A stretch of DNA of 64,000 nt from an uncultured bacterium (lineage in GTDB: Bacteria > Babelota > Babeliae > Babelales > Vermiphilaceae). Numbering within the stretch: the stretch's first letter is position 1; every line of letters begins with the position of its first letter. Location: NCBI GenBank assembly GCA_963701085.1, contig OY969561.1, positions 736,001 to 800,000 on the forward strand, read 5' to 3'. Positions 1 through 10,153 of the stretch are shown piece by piece. Under the pieces are notes generated by a model. That model ran no database searches. It had not been told where the DNA came from and worked only from the letters and a program-made list of their open reading frames with translations. The position numbers and the translations under genes are program-made.

Positions 1-125
1 AAGTACTTTTCAACATACATTTTGGCAAGTGTAGTTTTACCAACCTGCCGCGGTCCAAGCAATGCACAGACGGGATTTACCCGGAATTGGGCATCAATAG
101 CATCTAAAAATCTTTCTCTATTCAT
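1..125 (-). CDS. AAA+ ATPase (COG1373/AAA_14-DUF4143 type), 5' part only, runs off the window
   Basis: Manual translation MNRERFLDAIDAQFRVNPVCALLGPRQVGKTTLAKMY...; GPRQVGKTT Walker A typical of this family; AGGAG RBS upstream. Confidence 0.85.
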   Translation of the reverse strand, partial: MNRERFLDAIDAQFRVNPVCALLGPRQVGKTTLAKMYVEKY

Positions 126-127
126 AA

Positions 128-176
128 AAAACTCCTTGTAATTTTGGAATCTAATTTAGAATTTACAAGGAGTTTT
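128..176. promoter_or_regulatory. Inverted repeat overlapping the RBS of the AAA ATPase gene
   Basis: AAAACTCCTTGTAA (128-141) / TTACAAGGAGTTTT (163-176), perfect 14-bp arms. Confidence 0.6.
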
Positions 177-244
177 GGATAAAAGCAAGTATTTTTACCC
201 CAAATGAACAATTTTGACTAGTGGTCGCACAACCTGTGCAACTA

Positions 245-1168
245 TTAAAAATGCATAACTAAACGCATAATCCAACTTATTCCTTGCGGACGGTTGCGTG
301 CACCAGCTTCGAGGTACAAATATCCTAAAAAGACAAGGTCTTGTGTACAAAAATAAGCGGCACCAGGACCTATGCCAAACACACGCTCTTTACTATCAGG
401 CACCGAAACACCCAATGCATGATTATTGTGCAACTGCTGTAATGCATAGCCAACTGCTGCTATATAAAATTTAGGAAATGCTTCATATGCCAAACTATAA
501 TTGAGAGACGTTGCATCACCGGCTTGGAAATTAATTTTTTCGTTGCGTGCACTCCAAATATAATACCAACGCCACGATAAGCTCCATCTGTGAGAAAGAA
601 ACAATGTAGCAGCCCAATACAAATCACAATTAAAAAAAGTATCACTGGGGTTGATATTTTTTTCTGGCAACTTATTTTTACCGAACGGTATTGAAAAATC
701 AAATTGAAGACGATGCACAAAAAAAGGCCGTCCTTTGCGCTCAATAGGATTCCATTGATTGTAAAGACCAAACCCTAAATTACCAAAACCACCGCCACTA
801 CTTTCAAAGGCAAACTCATTTTTTCCAATGTGTGAATACATCACCAGCGGTAATCCTAGAGCAACTCCTGGCACGGCATTCCATGGAAACTGATATTCAA
901 ACTGGTACGCAAATTCAGTAATAGTCTCAAGATGCCTAAAACGAGGAGAAGGAACACCACCTAATGGCTTTCCTTCTCCATTTAAAAATCGATGCGTAGT
1001 ATAATATTGCGCATACTGCAACCAATACCATCCTGGCTTTGGCCGAATTGGACCACCATCAAGAATATTAGTAAATCCTAAATCAAGACCTGGCAATCCA
1101 TAACCAACAAGAATGTGGGTAAAAAAAAGAAGAGCACATAGTGCCGTATATTTTTTATAATGCATCAT
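245..1168 (-). CDS. SphA/COG4313 (Phenol_MetA_deg-like) outer-membrane beta-barrel protein
   Basis: Signal peptide, LGFTNILDG, GFGNL, FQAGD, GYALQQL, GIGPG motifs, C-terminal Phe. Confidence 0.75.
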   Translation of the reverse strand: MMHYKKYTALCALLFFTHILVGYGLPGLDLGFTNILDGGPIRPKPGWYWLQYAQYYTTHRFLNGEGKPLGGVPSPRFRHLETITEFAYQFEYQFPWNAVPGVALGLPLVMYSHIGKNEFAFESSGGGFGNLGFGLYNQWNPIERKGRPFFVHRLQFDFSIPFGKNKLPEKNINPSDTFFNCDLYWAATLFLSHRWSLSWRWYYIWSARNEKINFQAGDATSLNYSLAYEAFPKFYIAAVGYALQQLHNNHALGVSVPDSKERVFGIGPGAAYFCTQDLVFLGYLYLEAGARNRPQGISWIMRLVMHF

Positions 1169-1185
1169 ATGTGCTCATGTATTAA

Positions 1186-1683
1186 TTATAAAAAATTAAG
1201 CACAGGTTGCTCAACAAGTTTTTTATCTCTGAAAGTGTCGTAATATTCATCATCAAACAATGCTGCTTGCAACATTTCATCTTCAAGTTCCATTTCCTCT
1301 TCAGCATCTTCTTCATCTTCACCATCAAAAATAAATAAGGTCTCATCAAAATCAACATCACCTAGCTGATCCATTCCAAATCGCGCAAAAGCCTTTGCTT
1401 TATATTTATTGAATACTGAACGAACTGATTCATTTTGAGAGAGAACATAAAAAAGCAATCCGGTAAGCACCACCATTGTTTGACCTGGACACTTTTTAAA
1501 ACATGCTGCAACCATTGCAAACGGAAGCAAGTTAGTGAGTTTATCAATCAACGGAACATTATTAACATTTTCAATGGATTCACCAAACCCAATAAGATGA
1601 TTGCGCAATCCATCCATCGCCTTGAGATTACCACCCAAACACAACATTCCTAACAGAATAGCTAATACCATACGCTTCATCAT
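1186..1683 (-). CDS. Hypothetical exported/membrane protein with acidic tail
   Basis: Signal peptide ending A-MD, hydrophobic segment, D/E-rich C-terminus, GGAG RBS. Confidence 0.7.
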   Translation of the reverse strand: MMKRMVLAILLGMLCLGGNLKAMDGLRNHLIGFGESIENVNNVPLIDKLTNLLPFAMVAACFKKCPGQTMVVLTGLLFYVLSQNESVRSVFNKYKAKAFARFGMDQLGDVDFDETLFIFDGEDEEDAEEEMELEDEMLQAALFDDEYYDTFRDKKLVEQPVLNFL

Positions 1684-1864
1684 AGCGAGCTCCTTTTTTT
1701 TATGAGATATTATTTACGATAGCAGTAAAAAACTATCACTATTGCTGCTATTGTCAACACAGCATATAACAAATTCATAACCTTGACTTACATAACAGCA
1801 AAAGGCAAAACTATTTTAAAATTACCCTAACTTTTATAACAATAAACAAGTATCATATAACCCT

Positions 1865-2344
1865 ATGCTTTACTTCAATGACACAAAATATAACCTTTTT
1901 TTTGCCTTACTCATAACAGTACTACTGTTGATAGACGTGGGGCAGTTTTTTTTAATTGGAACAACAGTCATTCCACTTCTTTTGTGCATTTATTGCGCAT
2001 TACTCTGCTGCGCTCTGCGATACAAAACTCTTTCATTAATCGCATTATTGCAATGCCTTGAATCTTTTTGTTTTTATAATTTTTTCTCACTTGCCTTCAT
2101 ATACCTCATTCCAATAACAGCACTCGCTCTTTTTTTCAAAAAATATTTATATCCCTCACGTACCCACAGCATTGCTCTTGCACTAACGGGCATCCTTATC
2201 CAAATTTATGCGGTTGAAGGCCCTTTTTTGCATATCTGGCCAACAAATTACTATACAATTATGAGAATTAGTGGTACACTACTTATAACAATATGTTTCT
2301 CTTTGACAATAAATATTTGGGGTATGCAAGACAATCGCGCGTAA
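1865..2344 (+). CDS. Hypothetical multi-pass membrane protein
   Basis: About 5 hydrophobic segments; last codons overlap the rnpB 5' end. Confidence 0.6.
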   Translation: MLYFNDTKYNLFFALLITVLLLIDVGQFFLIGTTVIPLLLCIYCALLCCALRYKTLSLIALLQCLESFCFYNFFSLAFIYLIPITALALFFKKYLYPSRTHSIALALTGILIQIYAVEGPFLHIWPTNYYTIMRISGTLLITICFSLTINIWGMQDNRA

Positions 2345-2749
2345 ATCTTAGATTTACGGGAGGAAAGTCCGGACTTCCAATGAACATGGTACCTACGGAG
2401 AGAATGGCCTCATAACCATTTTGCAACGTAGGAGAGCGTAAGCTCATGGAAAGTGCCACAGAAAATAACCGCTACCGTCTTAAGAATAACTTCTTAAAAC
2501 GGGTACCTAATTGTAACGCTAGTGAAAATTGGGTTTTAAGTAAGGGTGAAAACGTGCGGTAAGAGCGCACGGTTATGCATAGCAATATGTATAAAGGGCA
2601 AACCCTACCAGAAGCAAGACAAAAAAGCGTGTGTCGCGGTCGTTCATTCCGTATTAACACGCGGGTACGTCGCATAGATAAATGGTTGTCAGCCTGACAA
2701 ATGCTGCACTGCATAATCAGGCCACAAAATCCGGCTTACTGCAAACCCC
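2319..2749 (+). ncRNA. rnpB: RNase P RNA (bacterial type A-like)
   Basis: GAGGAAAGTCCGG (2360), GAAAGTGCCACAGAAA, AGGGTGAAA..GTGCGGTAAGAGCGCAC, GGCAAACCC..GAAGCAAG, AGATAAATG, ACAAAATCCGGCTTA; P1 GGGGTATGCA/TGCAAACCCC. Confidence 0.97.
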
Positions 2750-2829
2750 AAAAGTGCCAATCTCATACACCCTGCTCCGCTACTGCTGCACAGGGTGGTT
2801 TAAGGCAAAAAAAAACAAGAGTTTCACCC

Positions 2830-3537
2830 GTGAACCAAAATATAAAAAATTACCTCTGGATGATTCCATTCCTCAGCTTTACGTGTGGCTACATTATAAT
2901 GCAGCATATTTTTCGCGCACCAGAAAGCATCACCCCGCATCTTGTTGGTAAACAAGTACATGAAATTCTTCCTCTTATCACACAGCACAAACTTAACATT
3001 CGCTTAATCGATCATAAAGAAGAAGCCGATCTTCCTGAAGGTGTCATTCTTAATCAAACACCAGCAGCTGGTACCGCAATTAAACCAAACCAACCGCTCT
3101 TTATCGTTACAACAAAAAAACCATTAACTGCTCGTGCTGCTGAATGTGTTGGCATACATATTAATAAACTAACACATGATCTGCTAACCTCAGGCATCCA
3201 CCCCCGCATCTATCATCTACCACACCCATATCCAGAAAACATATGCTTTGCGCAATCGCCACAGCCCAATGAACCACTTGAAAAAAATAGACTTATTTTA
3301 TACATTTCATCAGGAAACAATAAACCAATTATTTGGCCTGATTTTACCGGTATACCGTTGCAACACGTGGTTGAATTTCTCCATAATTACAACATAGAAC
3401 CACACATTATTAACGATGCTCCCCATAAACAGCATACTCATACTGAATACATCGTTACCGACCAACGGCCCTTTGCAGGAACACTATTAACACTAGATGA
3501 AGCAAAGCCATCATCAGTACAACTACGAATACACTGA
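2830..3537 (+). CDS. PASTA-domain membrane protein
   Basis: N-terminal TM then repeated PxLVG..VILNQTPAAG, AQSPQP, WPDFTG..VTDQRPFAG units; start moved to GTG 2830 because the longer ORF begins inside rnpB. Confidence 0.8.
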   Translation: MNQNIKNYLWMIPFLSFTCGYIIMQHIFRAPESITPHLVGKQVHEILPLITQHKLNIRLIDHKEEADLPEGVILNQTPAAGTAIKPNQPLFIVTTKKPLTARAAECVGIHINKLTHDLLTSGIHPRIYHLPHPYPENICFAQSPQPNEPLEKNRLILYISSGNNKPIIWPDFTGIPLQHVVEFLHNYNIEPHIINDAPHKQHTHTEYIVTDQRPFAGTLLTLDEAKPSSVQLRIH

Positions 3538-3548
3538 ATAGGATTATC

Positions 3549-4208
3549 ATGAACAAACCAAATTTTTCACCGGACACACATATATTTCTCTGGGATCTGC
3601 ATGATGTTATTCTTGAAAAAAGTCTCTGGAGCTGGTTTATGGTCTGTATGCGTTTTAAACGTAAAGAAGAACTCGTAAGCCGTCTTGATAAAAAAACTCT
3701 TTCTATCGCGTTTACGTTTTTGCTCGAACGCTTAAAATTAACAAAAAAACAGATGGTCAGTGAAGAGCTCATCAAAGCTGCGCAAGATGCTGATAACGAT
3801 GCGCTTGTGGAACTCACCATGAAAGCATGTTCTTCATACAGCCCCATCAAGAAAACCGTTGCTCTTATGCATGAACTTTCCAAACTTGGGTACACCCATC
3901 ATCTTGGTTCCAATATTGGCAAAACAGTATTTGATGATTGCACTGAAAAATTTCCAACAATTTTTGGTCTTTTTAAAGAATTCACCATCCCATTTGAATC
4001 TGAAGACTTAAATATCGTAAAAAAACCACACCCAGATTTCTTCAATGCTCACACGGAAAAATATAACTTACAACCAGAACAGATTATTTTTATCGACGAC
4101 AAGCTTGCAAATGTGACTGCCGCACAAGTAGTTGGTATGCACGCAATTCATTTTAAAAATGCGCGACAATTACGTAAAGAACTTCATACATTAAATATAT
4201 TAAAATAA
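3549..4208 (+). CDS. HAD-superfamily hydrolase
   Basis: WDLHDVI motif I, SN motif II, KP motif III, FIDDKLANV motif IV. Confidence 0.85.
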   Translation: MNKPNFSPDTHIFLWDLHDVILEKSLWSWFMVCMRFKRKEELVSRLDKKTLSIAFTFLLERLKLTKKQMVSEELIKAAQDADNDALVELTMKACSSYSPIKKTVALMHELSKLGYTHHLGSNIGKTVFDDCTEKFPTIFGLFKEFTIPFESEDLNIVKKPHPDFFNAHTEKYNLQPEQIIFIDDKLANVTAAQVVGMHAIHFKNARQLRKELHTLNILK

Positions 4209-4213
4209 ACAAA

Positions 4214-4822
4214 ATGAACATTATCAAAGTATCTTTTTATCAAAAAATCTTTTTTTTCACATCACTCAGCATAACAACACATACAACCGCAATGTTAACC
4301 TATCACAACCACCACTATCCTTACACCCAGCATGCTGCTCAAATAATACAGTACTTGAATCACCAAATTCTCGATGAAATATATTTTCGCAATGCCGCAC
4401 TGCACAATGATAACCTAACACTCATCCGCCTCATTAACAATGGTATTAATATTAATGCCCAAGATGCTGGCACGGGCAATAATGCTTTACATATAGCAAG
4501 CGAACTTGGTTATATTGAAATAGTAGAAACTCTTCTTATACACAGAGCCCGCGTTAACATAAAAAATAGATTAGGGTGCACACCACTGCATTTCGCAATA
4601 TCTTCACAACGAAGCATTGCATGTGTTAACCTATTAATTAAATATGGAGCTCATCAAAGAATAAAAAATTGCCTTAATTATTGTCCTGATAACTACCTTG
4701 CAAATGAAGTGGGCCAAACTCCCATTGAAGGAATCAACAAAAATAAAACTGCTTTTTTAGCTGCTGCTCATGCAACATTGTTATGCAAGCGCCTTGAAAT
4801 GCTTGAATTATTTGGTTATTAA
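4214..4822 (+). CDS. Exported ankyrin-repeat protein
   Basis: GNNALHIA, GCTPLHFA repeats; signal-like N-terminus. Confidence 0.9.
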   Translation: MNIIKVSFYQKIFFFTSLSITTHTTAMLTYHNHHYPYTQHAAQIIQYLNHQILDEIYFRNAALHNDNLTLIRLINNGININAQDAGTGNNALHIASELGYIEIVETLLIHRARVNIKNRLGCTPLHFAISSQRSIACVNLLIKYGAHQRIKNCLNYCPDNYLANEVGQTPIEGINKNKTAFLAAAHATLLCKRLEMLELFGY

Positions 4823-4899
4823 CTCAAACTGCTTTCCCATGCAGCAACAGCAATTTCTAGCTCTTTTTTTAAGTCAGTCAATTTTTTTTGCGAATCATT
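4818..4899. repeat. 82-bp direct-repeat copy of the ABC-F gene 3' end (other copy 5867-5948)
   Basis: 80 of 82 nt identical by manual alignment. Confidence 0.95.
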
Positions 4900-5025
4900 T
4901 TTATATAGTTTCAACAAAATATAAAATATCTTGAAAAACAATTTTATTTTTACTAGTTTAAACAAAGAATGAAACAGATATTGTTTCGATAATAACCTCA
5001 ATAATCAAAAAAAGGAGTATTGATT

Positions 5026-5772
5026 ATGAAATTGATGTATTCTGGTCTTGCAGCTGTCAGCATGATGGCTTTTATGCAAATGGATGCAAAACGTGATCCT
5101 ATTGATCGTGATAAAATTCCTGGAACTTATATAAGCGAATATTTCGAAACTACAACATCATCAGGAGATCTGGTTGATATTCGAAGTGAACTACTCGTTC
5201 TTCATGCTGATGGAACAGCAGCAAGATATATCAGCACATCAATCGGCTCTTCTCTCGCATCACAAAATAATAATGGAATTGAAATGACACCTTCCTTTGG
5301 AACATGGGAAGTAGATTCCAAGCATAATACGGTAAAAGCGGTATTTTTTGACTGGTTTAACTTTGCTCCTTGTGATACAGCTAGCACTTGCGGCGATAGT
5401 GTGCCTTGTCTTAGTACTTGTCCACCAGCAGATCAAGTAATTTCTTACGAGTATGATCGTATTACCTATACTATTAAATTTTCAGATATTGAAGATTGCA
5501 AATATCAGCGTGCTTGCGCAAATGAACTCCTCTGGGGGATTTTAATAAGCTCATGCCAAGACAATGAAAACCCTCTTGATTTTAGTGGGGCGGGTTGTAC
5601 GAATCTTGCTACCTATAACCATCCGTTTTTGGCTTTGAAATCAACAAGATATTTGGAAAAAAATGATCTTATTGATCCGACTGCAAATGCCCTTTCACGG
5701 AAGAACATTATCTTCCATCGTGTGAATACGCAGGAAGACTTTGTATATCCATCAAGTCCATCATGCAAATAA
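5026..5772 (+). CDS. Exported cysteine-rich hypothetical protein
   Basis: AAGGAG RBS, signal peptide, 9 Cys; lies between the 82-bp repeats. Confidence 0.8.
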   Translation: MKLMYSGLAAVSMMAFMQMDAKRDPIDRDKIPGTYISEYFETTTSSGDLVDIRSELLVLHADGTAARYISTSIGSSLASQNNNGIEMTPSFGTWEVDSKHNTVKAVFFDWFNFAPCDTASTCGDSVPCLSTCPPADQVISYEYDRITYTIKFSDIEDCKYQRACANELLWGILISSCQDNENPLDFSGAGCTNLATYNHPFLALKSTRYLEKNDLIDPTANALSRKNIIFHRVNTQEDFVYPSSPSCK

Positions 5773-5810
5773 GATAATTAAGCATTCGCTCGACTCACGT
5801 TTATATAAGC

Positions 5811-5849
5811 AAACGCCAATCTATGAATCATAGATTGGCGTTGTGCTTT
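5811..5849. terminator. Hairpin terminator between convergent genes
   Basis: AACGCCAATCTATGA-A-TCATAGATTGGCGTT stem. Confidence 0.75.
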
Positions 5850-5867
5850 TATAAACTAAATCAAACA

Positions 5868-7742
5868 TTAACTCAAACTGTTTTCCCATGCAGCAACAGC
5901 AATTTCTAGCTCTTTTTTTAAGTCAGTCAGTTTTTTTTGCGAATCATTAAATTTTGGCGTGCCAAATACTAAATCAGCAAAACTGTTTTCAGTTCTTTTA
6001 ATTTCATGCTCAAGCTTTTGAATGGTTCGCTCTAACACTTTGACATCTGATGATGATAATGCTGCTTTTTTTGGTGCAGCAACATCTTCTTTTTTGTTAT
6101 TTACTTTTTTAGGAGCAGATGTATCTGATGATTGGCTTTTTTGCGATTCCTGTTGTTTTTGGTACAAGTATAATTCATAATTACCTTGATACTCTTTAGC
6201 GCCATCAACACTGAGTTCAACAATATCAGTTGCTAACTTATTAACAAAATCCTGATCATGCGAAACAAATAAAATAGTACCCTGATACGCTTGCAGTGCC
6301 GTCAGCAAAATATCTTTTGATTGAATATCCAAATGGTTGGTCGGTTCATCAAGAAGCAAAAGATTAGCATTTTGGAGCAATACTTTGATCATACCAACAC
6401 GGTTTTTTTCACCACCACTGAGCACACCAACTTTTTTAAGAATAGAATCTTTGGTAAACAAAAATGAACCAGCAAAGGCTCTAATTTTTTGCTCAACCAC
6501 TTTTGGGCATGCTTCAGTAATGTTTTCTAAAATGGTTTTATCCATTGCCAATGATGCCGTCTGATCCTGATCAAAAACTGTGCTCAATACGTTGTACCCA
6601 ACAGTAACTTTACCATCCATCAACGGTAATTTTTGTGCAATTAAATTAAATAAAGTTGTTTTACCAACACCGTTAGAAGCAACCAATGCAATTTTCTGAC
6701 CTTTTTGAACTTCAAAAGAAACATCTTTAAATATTTGCTTTGGGCCAAATGCATGGCCAACATCTTCAATAGTAAGCACCACACTTCCCGATTGTTGAAT
6801 AGGAGGGAAGTTAAAGTTAATATCCGGCGCTTTAGGAGGGAGCTCAATACGCTCAACCTTATCTAACGCCTTCATCATACTCTGCGCCATGCTTGCTTTA
6901 CTTGCTTTAGCCTTAAAACGCTCGATTGTTTCAGTTTTTTGCTTAATATCGCGCTGCTGATTTTTGTACTGCATTTCTAATAATGCTTCATCATGCGCTT
7001 TTTGCTTTTCATACTGGTTGTAATCACCGACGTACAGCTTACCTTTGCCACGTTCAATTTCAAAAATTTCAGTACATAACTGATTCAAAAAATAACGATC
7101 ATGGCAAACAAGCACAAATCCAAATGGCGCACGCTTTAAAAACTGTAAAAACCAGTCTTTTGCAACAATATCCAAATGGTTAGTGGGTTCATCGAATAGA
7201 TAGAAGTCAGCTTTTTGCAATAACAACTTAGCAAGCACAATACGCATTTTCCAGCCAACACTGAGCGTTGCCACCGGTTCATCAAACTGCTCTGGCTTAA
7301 AGCCTAAGCCCATAAGAACTTTTTTAGCCTCTGCGCGCATGCCTTCTTGATCAACATGAAGTAACTTTTCACACACAATAGCATACCGCTCAAGGAGCTC
7401 ATCCAAATCATCCGGATTAGTATCGAGTTGGGCTTCTATTGCCTTTTGTTCGTCCAATAGCTTTGCTACATGAGCAAAAGAGGTATATGTTTCTTCTACA
7501 ATCGATTTATCTGATGTCAATACTACATCCTGAGATAAGTAGGCAATTGACTTGCCTTTTTGTATTGAAACAGCGCCTTTATCAAGCTGCTGCTGACCCG
7601 CAATTACTTTAAGCAAGGTTGATTTACCTGAACCATTCCTTCCGACCAATCCAATGCGTTGATCGTGGTCAAAAACAAAGGAAATATCATCAAAAATAAC
7701 CTGCTGAATCATCTCTAAACAAACATTATATCCATTAATCAT
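5868..7742 (-). CDS. ABC-F family ATP-binding protein
   Basis: Two ABC cassettes (GRNGSGKST, LSVGW, DEPTNHLD; ASNGVGKTT, LSGGE, DEPTNHLD), no TM segments. Confidence 0.95.
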   Translation of the reverse strand: MINGYNVCLEMIQQVIFDDISFVFDHDQRIGLVGRNGSGKSTLLKVIAGQQQLDKGAVSIQKGKSIAYLSQDVVLTSDKSIVEETYTSFAHVAKLLDEQKAIEAQLDTNPDDLDELLERYAIVCEKLLHVDQEGMRAEAKKVLMGLGFKPEQFDEPVATLSVGWKMRIVLAKLLLQKADFYLFDEPTNHLDIVAKDWFLQFLKRAPFGFVLVCHDRYFLNQLCTEIFEIERGKGKLYVGDYNQYEKQKAHDEALLEMQYKNQQRDIKQKTETIERFKAKASKASMAQSMMKALDKVERIELPPKAPDINFNFPPIQQSGSVVLTIEDVGHAFGPKQIFKDVSFEVQKGQKIALVASNGVGKTTLFNLIAQKLPLMDGKVTVGYNVLSTVFDQDQTASLAMDKTILENITEACPKVVEQKIRAFAGSFLFTKDSILKKVGVLSGGEKNRVGMIKVLLQNANLLLLDEPTNHLDIQSKDILLTALQAYQGTILFVSHDQDFVNKLATDIVELSVDGAKEYQGNYELYLYQKQQESQKSQSSDTSAPKKVNNKKEDVAAPKKAALSSSDVKVLERTIQKLEHEIKRTENSFADLVFGTPKFNDSQKKLTDLKKELEIAVAAWENSLS

Positions 7743-7954
7743 GCGTTAATTCCTCTAAAAAATCGGTATTTTCTATCCCCCAATAAGGATAGCATACCAT
7801 GAAAATTACTATTTGGATACCCCAAAACCCCCTTTTATCACATTATATTCATCATTAAACAAACTATTATGGCAATATTATTGACTATGAGAAAATTATT
7901 TATCTATAATTAAACATGAGAATTATAGTTTTTTAGAAAAAAAAGGATTGTTTC

Positions 7955-8968
7955 ATGAAGTTATCACAAAAAAGTAACCCTGCTGCAACAAGACACGCTT
8001 TAATCGCACTATTACTCGCTGCGATCACTTTTAACGCCTATGGCATGAAAAGATCTATAGAATCACCGCAAACAGAAAACCAACCAATAATAGGACGTGC
8101 CCAATTACCCAGCGGGGAATGGGTAGATATTGTTGGCCTAATACTCAATCAGAATGCGCCAATGAAACTATTATTAACAAACTTTAAATTCAATGAATTA
8201 TTCCCAGAATTGCGAAAACATATCATTTTTTTCCTCAGCTCATATACAAATGCTAAATCACTCAAAAAAGCTGCATTTACCATTAACTCTCTTGCTCAAG
8301 TGGATAAAGAAATAAATCAACTCATTAATGATCCCCATTTTTGCCTAAAAAATATAAAATATCTTGCGCAAAAATTCAAACAATCTGATGAAAAAGTAGC
8401 CAAGATTTTACAAACTAAAGCAGCCAAAGAACGTTCTGCTTTGCAAAATAAACTTTACTATCTAATGTTAAAAGTTGAACAGCAGTCACAGGAATTAATA
8501 GATACACTTAATCTCTTATGTGAACAAGGCATCGATTTGAATTATATCTACAATATACCTGATGACATATGGACCACAGAGGACATCCCCTGCCCAGGAA
8601 TGACAGCTCTAATGACTGCGGTAGAAAATAATAACCTTACTCACCTCAAGGCACTTCTTGCAAAAGGTGCCAATATCAATGGAACTAATCAGTGTGGAAG
8701 AACTGCATTAATGATTGCTGCGCGGATGAATGATCACAAAGATGCTGTTCAACTTCTTATCAACGACCCCAAAATCAATATCAATCAGCAAGAATTAGCG
8801 TATGGCGACACAGCTCTCTATTTTGCATGCACAAACAATAATATAGACATTGTAGAAATTCTTCTTAACGCCGGTGCTGATCCAGAATTTTACGATATAT
8901 CAGCTGTTGAAGAAAAAGTTGAGAACTTACTTCGAGATGCGATAGATAAAAAACATGGGTATAAATAA
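7955..8968 (+). CDS. Exported F-box-like + ankyrin-repeat protein
   Basis: Signal peptide; FNELFPELRKHIIFFL..SLAQVDK; GMTALM/GRTALM/GDTALY repeats. Confidence 0.9.
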   Translation: MKLSQKSNPAATRHALIALLLAAITFNAYGMKRSIESPQTENQPIIGRAQLPSGEWVDIVGLILNQNAPMKLLLTNFKFNELFPELRKHIIFFLSSYTNAKSLKKAAFTINSLAQVDKEINQLINDPHFCLKNIKYLAQKFKQSDEKVAKILQTKAAKERSALQNKLYYLMLKVEQQSQELIDTLNLLCEQGIDLNYIYNIPDDIWTTEDIPCPGMTALMTAVENNNLTHLKALLAKGANINGTNQCGRTALMIAARMNDHKDAVQLLINDPKININQQELAYGDTALYFACTNNNIDIVEILLNAGADPEFYDISAVEEKVENLLRDAIDKKHGYK

Positions 8969-8980
8969 AGGATCACAATC

Positions 8981-10132
8981 ATGACTAAAAAAATAAATAA
9001 TTCATTCATCGCCTTCCTGCTACTTGCTGCAACGTTTAACCTTCATAAAACACATGCCATGGAGCAGTCAATATCAGAAGAATCAACACAAAATGAGATA
9101 AATGATGCTTTCATAAAAGCCGCACAAAACAATGACTGTTCTACCATCAAAAAACTTCTCAGCTATGGGGCAGATATCAATACAACTAATTCAGAGGGAG
9201 TGACAGCATTAATGCTTGCTATCGGAAATAGATACACTGATGCAATCCAATGCCTTCTTAGCAACCCTGATATTGCCATAAACCAACAAGATAACACGGG
9301 AATGACTGCTCTCATGCTAGCAGCAGTAATAAATAATTGCCGTATCATCCGCATACTTCTCGCTCATGGAGCCGATATCAATAAAGCTAATTTCAAGGGA
9401 CAAACGGCATTAATACTCGCTGTCCTTCGTGGAAACACAAATGCGGTCAAACGTCTTCTGAGTAACCCTAATCTTGCCATAGACCAACAAGACAATAAAG
9501 GATATACAGCTCTCATGGTGTCACTTATCTTTTTTTCAAGAACTAAAAATAAATTAACTATAAGAAGACTTCTTAATGCTGGCGCAGATCCTGAAATTGC
9601 TGCACCTGAAATTGACAACAATGCTGCTCTCACACCACTAGAAGTAGCAGAAGGCACTGGTGATCAAGAAGTTATTGATCTTATTCAAAATGCGATAAAT
9701 GACAAACAAAATACTGCCCTTATAGAAGCAGCAAAAAACAACGACTGCCCTACCATCCAAAAATGTCTCAATAATGGAGCAAATATCAATATAGCCACTT
9801 CCAATGGATTCACGGCATTAATGATAGCTATCGACAGGGAACACACGGATGCAGTCCAATGCCTTGTGGGCAATCCTAATATTGCGATAGACCAACGAAA
9901 CAATGAAGAAGATAATGATACCGCTCTCATGCTAGCACTTTTGGGAAAAAACAAATTAATTATAAAACTACTTCTTGATGCTGGCGCAGATCCTGAGCTG
10001 GCTGATAGTAAACGCCGCACACCATTAAAAGTAGCTCAACAAATTGGTGATGCAGAAATTCTATCCTTAATAAACAAAGCAATACTAAAAAAACATGGTG
10101 TAGTGAACATTGTTACTAAGACACAAAAATAG
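8981..10132 (+). CDS. Exported ankyrin-repeat protein
   Basis: Signal ending A-ME; many G.TAL[MI] repeats in two blocks. Confidence 0.92.
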   Translation: MTKKINNSFIAFLLLAATFNLHKTHAMEQSISEESTQNEINDAFIKAAQNNDCSTIKKLLSYGADINTTNSEGVTALMLAIGNRYTDAIQCLLSNPDIAINQQDNTGMTALMLAAVINNCRIIRILLAHGADINKANFKGQTALILAVLRGNTNAVKRLLSNPNLAIDQQDNKGYTALMVSLIFFSRTKNKLTIRRLLNAGADPEIAAPEIDNNAALTPLEVAEGTGDQEVIDLIQNAINDKQNTALIEAAKNNDCPTIQKCLNNGANINIATSNGFTALMIAIDREHTDAVQCLVGNPNIAIDQRNNEEDNDTALMLALLGKNKLIIKLLLDAGADPELADSKRRTPLKVAQQIGDAEILSLINKAILKKHGVVNIVTKTQK

Positions 10133-10153
10133 GTTTATCAAAATGGAGCTCTT

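Noticed and set aside
2472-2829. ORFs 2472-2714, 2682-2951 and the 5' part of 2701-3537
   Set aside because: They overlap the RNase P RNA; the PASTA gene more plausibly starts at 2830
4819-5001. 60-aa ORF ending like the ABC-F protein
   Set aside because: Only the duplicated 82-bp gene end preceded by AT-rich intergenic sequence; not a credible gene
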